Virus record (IMG/VR): IMGVR_UViG_3300048861_000279
Span: 1 to 32,239 of that record
From: a virus
Lineage: Duplodnaviria; Caudoviricetes
Direction: 5' to 3' (one strand)
DNA: 32,239 nt
Of the stretch, positions 15,989 through 23,400 are shown one piece after another. The position numbers and the translations under genes were made by a program. The notes beneath the pieces are model-generated. The model had not been told where the DNA came from, made no database searches, and worked only from the letters and a program-made list of their open reading frames with translations. Within the stretch, counting starts at the first letter, position 1; each line of letters starts with the position of its first letter.

Positions 15989-17149
15989 ATGACCGTCGAA
16001 ATCAAAGCTGAACTGGACAAGATCAGCGACCAAATCAAAGAGCAGGGCGAAAAGGCCCTGACCGAAGCCAAGAAGGCCGGCGACATGTCGCTCGAGACCA
16101 AGACCAAGGTCGATGAAATGCTCGTAAAGCAGGGCGAGCTGCAAGCCCGCCTGCAGGAAGCCGAGCAAAAACTGGACCGCCGCGCTGTGGGCGAGAACGA
16201 AGGCGCCAAGTCCGCCGGCCAGCAACTGGTCGAGTCGCAAGACTTCAAGGACTACGTGGCGAAGGGCGACTATCGGAAGGGCTTCAACTTTCCGACCAAG
16301 GCCGTCATCAATGTGACGACCACCAACGCTGGCGCCAACGTTGCGCCCGACCGCCAGGCGGGCCTGGTCGCCGCGCCGGATCGCCGCATGACCGTGCGCG
16401 ATCTGCTGACCCCGGGCACCACTGGCTCGAATCTCATCCAGTACGTGCGCGAAACCGGCTTCCAGAACATGACGGCCACCGTGGCGGAAGGCGGCCTCAA
16501 GCCGAAATCGGATATCACGTTCGATTTGCAGTCCGTGCCCGTGGTGAAGATCGCCACCTATGTGAAGGCCTCCACCGAAATCTTGGCGGATGCGGCGATG
16601 TTGCAAAGCTATATCGACGGCCGACTGCGCTACATGTTGTCGTACGTCGAAGAAGCGCAGCTGCTGAATGGTTCCGGCTCCGGCAATAACCTGAACGGCA
16701 TCAACACCCAGGCCACTGCCTACGCGGCCCCCATCGTCATCACGGCGCCCACTCGCATCGACATCCTGCGCCTCGCCCTGCTGCAATCCGAGCTGGCCGA
16801 GTTTCCGGCCACGGGCATCGTGCTCAATCCGGCTGACTGGGCGGCTATCGAGCTGCAGAAGGACACGACCGGCGCCTACATCTTCGCCAACCCGCAATCG
16901 CTGGCCCAGCCCGCGCTGTGGGCTCGCCCGGTGGTGACCACGCAGGCTATGGCGCTGGACAACTTTCTGGTGGGCGCGTTCAAGCTCGGCGCGCAAATCT
17001 TCGACCGCCAGCAAGCCAACGTCATCATCGCCACCGAAAACGAAGACGACTTCATCCACAACTTGGTTGCGCTGCTCGCCGAAGAACGGTTGGGCCTCGC
17101 CGTCTACCGCCCGCAAGCGTTCGTCAAGGGCGACCTGACGCCCGCCTAA
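15989..17149 (+). CDS. Major capsid protein, HK97 fold with N-terminal delta domain
   Basis: Coiled-coil N-terminus; VAEGGLKP, EEAQLLNGSG, LAEERLGLAVYRPQAF. Confidence 0.97.
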   Translation: MTVEIKAELDKISDQIKEQGEKALTEAKKAGDMSLETKTKVDEMLVKQGELQARLQEAEQKLDRRAVGENEGAKSAGQQLVESQDFKDYVAKGDYRKGFNFPTKAVINVTTTNAGANVAPDRQAGLVAAPDRRMTVRDLLTPGTTGSNLIQYVRETGFQNMTATVAEGGLKPKSDITFDLQSVPVVKIATYVKASTEILADAAMLQSYIDGRLRYMLSYVEEAQLLNGSGSGNNLNGINTQATAYAAPIVITAPTRIDILRLALLQSELAEFPATGIVLNPADWAAIELQKDTTGAYIFANPQSLAQPALWARPVVTTQAMALDNFLVGAFKLGAQIFDRQQANVIIATENEDDFIHNLVALLAEERLGLAVYRPQAFVKGDLTPA

Positions 17150-17155
17150 GCCCCT

Positions 17156-17180
17156 ATCCCCGGCTTCGGCCGGGGATTTT
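17156..17180 (+). terminator. Terminator/hairpin after the capsid gene
   Basis: ATCCCCGGC-TTCG-GCCGGGGAT-TTT (cUUCGg tetraloop). Confidence 0.75.
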
Positions 17181-17191
17181 CCAAGGAGACC

Positions 17192-17407
17192 GTGATGGTA
17201 CGAGTAACCGCGAAATACGCGTTTGTGCATGACGCCCACCGGCCGGCAAAGGGTGATTCGATCAATGTCAGCGACGCCGTGGCCGACGACCTGCTGAAAG
17301 CAGGCCTGATCGAGCCCTTCAAGGCCGAGAAGAAGGCACCGGAGCCCGAGAATAAGAAGGCACCGGAGCCGGAAAACAAGGCTGACCCGAAGGCCAAGAC
17401 GAAATAA
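17192..17407 (+). CDS. Small head-associated protein with a KKAPEPEN repeat
   Basis: AAGGAG SD; typical post-capsid small gene. Confidence 0.8.
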   Translation: MMVRVTAKYAFVHDAHRPAKGDSINVSDAVADDLLKAGLIEPFKAEKKAPEPENKKAPEPENKADPKAKTK

Positions 17408-17748
17408 TGGCCCTGGTCACGGAGCAACAGGCGCGGGCGCACCTGCGCGAGGCGGACGATGCCGACGTCAGCATCCCGCTGGGCGCAGCCGAAGAGCAGG
17501 CCCTCGAATTTCTGAACCGTGCGGTGTACGAGACGCCGGAGCAGATGGCGGCGGCTGTGCTCGACGGGTCGGCCGGCCTGTACCCGATGGTCTGCAATAA
17601 ATCCATTCAGGCGGCCATCCTGCTCACGGTCGGCCACCTCTGGGCGAATCGCGAAAACGCGGTTGTCGGTCCGACGGCGGCCGCGGTGGAATTGCCGTTC
17701 GGCGCTCAATCGCTCCTGTGGCCATTTCGTAAAGGGCTGGGCGTATGA
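17407..17748 (+). CDS. Head-tail connector (HK97 gp6-like)
   Basis: ARAHLR...AILLTVGHLWANRE...LPFGAQSLLWPFR. Confidence 0.92.
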   Translation: MALVTEQQARAHLREADDADVSIPLGAAEEQALEFLNRAVYETPEQMAAAVLDGSAGLYPMVCNKSIQAAILLTVGHLWANRENAVVGPTAAAVELPFGAQSLLWPFRKGLGV

Positions 17749-18074
17749 GCTTGGCCGCCGGCACCCTCAATCGTCTGGTGACGATCAGCCGTATCGGTGA
17801 CGCCCAGGACTCGACGGGTCAGCCCGTCGCGGATCCAGTGCCCATCGTCGTGTGCACGGTGTGGGCCTCGATCCGCAACCTTTCCGGCCTGGCCGCCGTG
17901 CGCGCCGGCGCCGAAGCGGCCGCTGTAAAGACGAGCATCCGTATCCGGTACCGCAAGGACCTGACCATCGACATGTGGGTCGAAAGCGATTCCACGAAAT
18001 ACAACATCAATGCCGTGCTTCCCGACGAAGCGAAGCGCGAATACGTCGATCTCGTCTGCGAGCCCGTGTCGTGA
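17745..18074 (+). CDS. Head closure / head-tail adaptor (SPP1 gp16-like)
   Basis: AGTLNRLVTI...VWASI...IRIRYR...YNINAV. Confidence 0.9.
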   Translation: MSLAAGTLNRLVTISRIGDAQDSTGQPVADPVPIVVCTVWASIRNLSGLAAVRAGAEAAAVKTSIRIRYRKDLTIDMWVESDSTKYNINAVLPDEAKREYVDLVCEPVS

Positions 18075-18529
18075 GCCGCCTCAGTAGTGGGTCCAACTCG
18101 CTGAGTGTGAGTATCGACACCGCGGGGGTAGAGGGGTTTCTCGACGATCTGTTGAACGACATCGATTCGGCGGTGCGCCCCGCCGCGCAGGCCGGCGCCC
18201 AGGTGATATACGACGAAGCCAAGCGCGCAGTGCCGGTCTCCCAGCACGCGCACTGGTTCTATGGCACTCACGATCGGTATCTGTTCAAGGCTGGCACGCT
18301 GCGCGATTCGATCTATCAGGCCTTCTCGGCGGATCACTCGGGCGTGGATCGCGCGACCTATCACATCAGTTGGAATTACCGTAAATGCCCTTACGGCTTC
18401 ATGGTCGAGTTCGGCACGATCAGCGCGCCGGCGCGGCCATTTATCCGGCGCGCGGCCGAAAAAGGCGAGCAGGCGATGGACGCCGCTGAGAAGAAATTGA
18501 TGGAACTCATCCACGGGCCGAACGCATGA
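18071..18529 (+). CDS. HK97 gp10-like neck protein
   Basis: GTGA overlap; GTLRDSI...MVEFGT..APARPFIR. Confidence 0.88.
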   Translation: MSRLSSGSNSLSVSIDTAGVEGFLDDLLNDIDSAVRPAAQAGAQVIYDEAKRAVPVSQHAHWFYGTHDRYLFKAGTLRDSIYQAFSADHSGVDRATYHISWNYRKCPYGFMVEFGTISAPARPFIRRAAEKGEQAMDAAEKKLMELIHGPNA

Positions 18530-18882
18530 CAGTTGAAGCGGACGTTTTCAGCCTGCTGGCGCCCCTTGTGTCCGGCCGCGTGTTTCCGGATATTGCACCG
18601 CCCAACACGCAGCTGCCGTACATGACCTACCAGCAAATCGGCGGCGCGGTGGTGACGTTCATCGACCCGGCCATCCCGAGCAAGAAAAACGGGGCGTTTC
18701 AGATCAATGTCTGGGCCGGCCGGCGCGCCGAAGCGTCCGCCCTGGCCCTGGCCGTCGAGACAGCCATGCTTGGCGCCACAGCGTTCCAGGCGCGTCCCAT
18801 GGCCGCGCTGCTGGCGACCAACGAGCCCAGCCTTTCGCTGTACGGAACGATCCAAGAATTCTCAATCTGGAGCGAGCGTTAA
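18526..18882 (+). CDS. Tail terminator-like protein (DUF3168 type)
   Basis: RVFPDIAP...PYMTYQQIGG...FQINVWA; position before the tail tube gene. Confidence 0.85.
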   Translation: MTVEADVFSLLAPLVSGRVFPDIAPPNTQLPYMTYQQIGGAVVTFIDPAIPSKKNGAFQINVWAGRRAEASALALAVETAMLGATAFQARPMAALLATNEPSLSLYGTIQEFSIWSER

Positions 18883-18896
18883 CGCTCCTCACCGAC

Positions 18897-18976
18897 AAAA
18901 AGGCCAGCCCTAGAAAGCTGGCCTTTTTTATTGCCCGACTGGGCCTAAGCCGACCGCCTCCCGAGGCGGTTTTTTA
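18897..18976 (+). terminator. Two tandem terminator-like hairpins before the tail tube gene
   Basis: AAAAAGGCCAGC...GCTGGCCTTTTTT and ACCGCCT-cccg-AGGCGGTTTTTT. Confidence 0.75.
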
Positions 18977-19012
18977 TCGCCCATTGGGCACCAACGACAA
19001 AGGTAAATCACC

Positions 19013-19660
19013 ATGAGTGTGCAACTGCCCAACGGCGTCATTATCTCGCTCGCCACCACCTATGGCGCGCCCAAGGCCGTCACCGCCGTGACGAATGCCA
19101 ATCCGGGCGTGGCCTCCAGCGCCGCGCACGGCCTCGCCAACGGCGCCATCATCGAAAGCACGTCCGGCTGGCAGAAGATTACCGACCGCATCCTGCGTGT
19201 CGCGGCTTCGGCCTCCGGCGCCTTCGCGTTGGAAGGCGTCGACACCACGAACACCACCTTCTACCCGCCCGGTACCGGCGTGGGCTCGGTGCGCGAAATC
19301 ACGGCCTTCACCCAGATCACCCAGATTCTGGAACTGAGTACGTCCGGCGGCGAAATGCAGTTCGCCAACTACAGCTTCCTCGAAAACGATTTCGAGTCGC
19401 AGCTGCCGACGCAGGCCAGCGCGCAAAGCCTGACCATGAGCATTGGCGACGATCCCTCGTTGCCGGGCTACCAGGCGTTGAAGGCCGCGGCCGAGTCGCG
19501 CGCCATTCGCGCGCTGAAACTGCAGATGCCCAACGGTTCCGTCATTTTGTTCAACGGCTATGTGTCGTTCAACGAGACCCCGACCATGACCAAGGGCTCG
19601 GTCATGGCGTGCGCCGCCACTTTCAGCCTGCAATCGCGCCCCGTGCGCTACGCCAACTAA
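19013..19660 (+). CDS. Major tail tube protein (Phage_tail_3-like)
   Basis: MSVQLPNG, TSGGEMQF..YSFLE, FNGYVSFNETP. Confidence 0.9.
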   Translation: MSVQLPNGVIISLATTYGAPKAVTAVTNANPGVASSAAHGLANGAIIESTSGWQKITDRILRVAASASGAFALEGVDTTNTTFYPPGTGVGSVREITAFTQITQILELSTSGGEMQFANYSFLENDFESQLPTQASAQSLTMSIGDDPSLPGYQALKAAAESRAIRALKLQMPNGSVILFNGYVSFNETPTMTKGSVMACAATFSLQSRPVRYAN

Positions 19661-19764
19661 AGCATTGCCCCCGCCTACCACTGCGCAATCGGTGGTGGGC
19701 GTTTTTACGCGCGCTTGGTCGCACCTCGCGCGTCTTTTTCCCTCCTCTATAGCAGATAAAAACC

Positions 19765-20145
19765 ATGGCAAAAATCAAACTCGGTGCTCGTCCGGAATCC
19801 TTCAAGCACACGGTGAAGTTCCCGATGCTGGACGGCACGCAGGGCACGATCGAAGTGCATTACCGCTACCGCACGCGCAAAGCATTTGGCGCGTTCATCG
19901 ATTCGGTGTTCGAGTCAGCCAACGAACCCCAGGTTGACGGCACGAAACCGAACCTGGCCGACATCATGGCGAAGACGGCCGGCGCCAACGCCAGCTACAT
20001 CATGCAGGCGGTCGTCGGCTGGAACCTCGACGAGGACTTCACCGAGGAAAACGTCCAGCAGCTGGCCGACGAGATCCCCGCCGCCGCCGCCGCGATCATG
20101 AACGATTACCAGAAGGCGATTCTGGAAGGCAAGTTGGGAAACTGA
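19765..20145 (+). CDS. Tail assembly chaperone (gpG-like)
   Basis: Position between tube and TMP; GWNLDEDF motif; ends LGN at a slippery site. Confidence 0.88.
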   Translation: MAKIKLGARPESFKHTVKFPMLDGTQGTIEVHYRYRTRKAFGAFIDSVFESANEPQVDGTKPNLADIMAKTAGANASYIMQAVVGWNLDEDFTEENVQQLADEIPAAAAAIMNDYQKAILEGKLGN

Positions 20146-20453
20146 GGGAAGCCGCCCTCGCTGTCTTCGGATCGTCAGCGCAGGACGCGGAACTCGCGGC
20201 CTGGGGCTTCATGCCCGAAGACATCGAAATCACCTATGAGGTGTTGCCGGACAACTGGCCTGTGTTCTGCCTGTTTGAACAGGTACGAACGCAGTGGCGG
20301 TCGGCCGGCATGGGCGGCGTGCTTGGCCTCGATTACACCGTGGTTTTCCGCCTGCTGGACAGGATCGCGGAAGGCACCGACTGGGACGAAATGCTCGATG
20401 ACCTCCGGGTCATGGAAACCGCAGCGATGTCCACGATAAACAAACGCAATTGA
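20136..20453 (+). CDS. gpT-like extension (DUF1799-like) reached by programmed -1 frameshift
   Basis: G GGA AAC heptamer at 20136-20142; the -1 frame is open to 20453 (TQWR...GLDY...LRVME). Confidence 0.85.
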   Translation, partial: GKLREAALAVFGSSAQDAELAAWGFMPEDIEITYEVLPDNWPVFCLFEQVRTQWRSAGMGGVLGLDYTVVFRLLDRIAEGTDWDEMLDDLRVMETAAMSTINKRN

Positions 20454-20464
20454 GCGGGAAAAAT

Positions 20465-23400
20465 ATGACCGAAGGGCGCAAGATCCAGGTAGAAGTCGGG
20501 GTCGGCGCCCAAGGTGCGCGTGAAGGCGCCGAAGAGGTAAAGCAGGTTGTCGGCAGCATGGCGCAATCTGTCGTCGAGTCTGGCAAGCGCGCCAGCAAGG
20601 CGATGGATGGCATCGGTGCCGGCAGCGAGGCCGCCGCCAAGAAGTTGGACCGCGACACCCGCACGATGGTGGCGTCGATCCAGCGGGCGACGGTCGCGGC
20701 CGAGGCCGGCGAGCGCGGCACCCGCAAGTTTTTCGAGACCGTCGCCGCGTCCAAGAATATCGGCGCCGGCGCGCTCGACCCCTATATTTCACAGTTGGAG
20801 GCGGTCCGCGCCAAGCAAGCCGAGCTCGACCGCGCCAGCCGCGACGCGGCTACGGCGTCGGCGTTCGTGGGCGGCCTGCGCGACCAGATAGCCGCGCTGC
20901 GCGAGCAGGCGGCCATGTATGGCAAGAGCGCCGACGAGGTGTTGCGCTATAAGGCCGCGCAGGCCGGCGCCGGCTCCGAAGCCGGTCCCCTGATTGCGCA
21001 GCTGCAATCGCTGCGCACTGCGCACGAGGCCGTGACGAATGCGGCCCGGGCGGAAGCAGTAGCCGAGCGCGACGCCGCGCAGGCGTCCACGAAGCGGGGC
21101 GATTTTGTCGCCAGCCTTAAATCCCAGTCGGATGCGATCGGGAAGACCCGCGCCGACCTCCTGCAGATGCAGGCCGCCCAACTGGGCGTGTCGGACGCCG
21201 CGGCGCCGTATATCGCGCGCCTGCGCGACGCCGATAAGGGCACCGCCAAACTCGGCATGTCCGCCGCTGCCACGGCCGCCGCCATGCGCAACGTGCCGGC
21301 GCAGTTCACCGACATCATTGTGAGCTTGCAGGGCGGCCAGAAACCGCTCACGGTGCTATTGCAGCAGGGCGGCCAGCTGAAAGATATGTTCGGCGGGGTG
21401 GGCAGCGCGTTCAAGGCCATGGGCACGTACCTGCTCGGCCTCGTGAATCCGTTCACCGTAGTGGCGGCAGCCGTCGCGGCCGTCGGGTATGTGCTTCTCA
21501 GCGGCGAAGATAAAACGCTCGGTTTCAACCGGGCTCTGCTGGAGACCGGCAACGCCGCGGGGCTGACCGCCCAGCGCATGGGCGACATGTCCAAAGCCAT
21601 TGCGGCATCCGCCAACGTGACCCAGGGGGCGGCGTCCAGCGCTTTGACGCAGGTTGTCAGTTCCGGCCAGATCGCGGCGACATCCATTCTCACTGTCTCG
21701 GAAGCGGCCGCCTCGATGGAGAAGGCGACGGGCCTGTCCGTCGACAAGACCATCGACATATTCAAGAAGTTGAGCGACGAGCCGACGAAAGCGTCGGCCG
21801 CGCTGAATGAGCAGTATCACTACCTTACCGCGTCGGTCTACGAACAGATTAAAGCGCTGGAGCAGCAGGGCGACAAGACCGGCGCCGTAACCCTCGCCAC
21901 GAACGCCTACGCCGGCGCCATCGCGGAGCGTACCCCCAAGATCCTGGAAAACCTGAGCCGCGTGGAGCGGGCCTGGAACGCGATCAAAGAGGCGACCAGC
22001 AACGCGAGCGCGACCGTAGGCAAATTTCTGCCCGGCGATGGCGGACTGAGTTCGCAGATTGCCACGATGCAGGAAGGCATTAAAAACATGGAGGCCCGGG
22101 CTAAGGGGCCTGCCGGACTGAACGACGATGGCAAGGCACGCCTCGAGCGCGCCAAGACCACGCTGGCCTTCTACCAAGAGCAGCAGGGCATCCTCACGAT
22201 CAACGCCTCGCTTGAAGCGAAGGCCGCCCGGGACAACGCCACGGCGATCGCTCAAAGCGGGGTGCGCGAATCGTACCTTTCCGCGCGTAAGGGCGACACG
22301 CTGGCGTCTTCGCTCAAGGCGGAGGACGTTGAATACAAAAAAGCGCTGGGTGGCCTCCAGGCGGGCGAGAAGGGTTACGACGACCTGGTGGCGGCGCATA
22401 ACGCCAAAGTCGCCAAGATCAATGAGCAGTTCCGCGATAAGAAGGGCGAGGCTTCCGGCGCGTCCAATGCGTCCGCCTACGCGCAGCAGGTTTCGGGCAT
22501 CAAGGCCCAGATCGACGCGGAAGATCAGTTGATAGCTTCCTTGCGTGAGCACGGCGCGGCCGCTGAAAAAGTGTCGGCCGGCGACAAGCTGGTCGCGCAG
22601 ATCCAGCAGCAAATGGAGCTGTCCGTGCAAACGCGCTCGGGCAAGCAGACCGATGCTCAGTTGAAGGTATTGCTTGGGCTCGCGCAAGAGCTCGCCGCGC
22701 GCGATAAGGTTTCTGCCGCGCTGGAAAAGCAGATCGCGCTCGACAAGGATTACCAGGGCTTCCAGGACAAGAACGCACAGGGCTTGCAGTCGCTAAAGGA
22801 TTCGCTGCGCGAGCAAACCGACCTCTTGGGCAAGTCCGGCCAGGCGCGCACGATCGCCGCGGCCCAGTCGAAGATCATGCGCGACGCGGAAGCGCTGCTC
22901 GACGCCGAGCGCAAGAAGGGTCTCCCGGTCGCGCAAGAGCAAATCGACCGCATCAACGACGAGGCCGCCGCCACGTCCAAAGCCACGGCCGCGCTCATGG
23001 GCAAGATTCAGGCGCAGCAGGGCGCCCAGGAACTGCTCGAAGCGAACAAGAAGTTTGCCGCCGATTCGATTCTCGACGAGACCGACCGCGCCAAAGCGCT
23101 GGTCGAAATCGACGCCGACACCTGGCGCGAGCGCATCCGGCTTGCCGGCGACGGCACGGCCGAACAAAAGGCGCTTTCCGACCAGTTCAACACGTACTAC
23201 GCGAACCAGCTGGCGAAGCCGCACATCGACGAAGCCAAGAAGATGTTGACGGACATCGACAACATCTTCCAGCAGAGTTTCGTCGACATGACGAACGGCG
23301 GGAAAAGCACCTGGGCGACGTTCACCAAGTCGCTCAGCACGACCTTCAAGACGATGGTGGCGAACGAAATCTACAAGGCTTTCCTCAAGCCCATCGTCGT

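Noticed and set aside
15602-17239. 545-aa antisense ORF over the capsid gene, and similar long antisense ORFs (4600-5814, 21356-22687, 23822-25057)
   Set aside because: Shadow ORFs expected from high-GC codon bias opposite well-supported genes; no motifs
17330-17377. 24-bp near-tandem repeat
   Set aside because: Simply encodes KKAPEPEN twice, a common low-complexity tail in small post-capsid proteins; not a CRISPR or regulatory repeat
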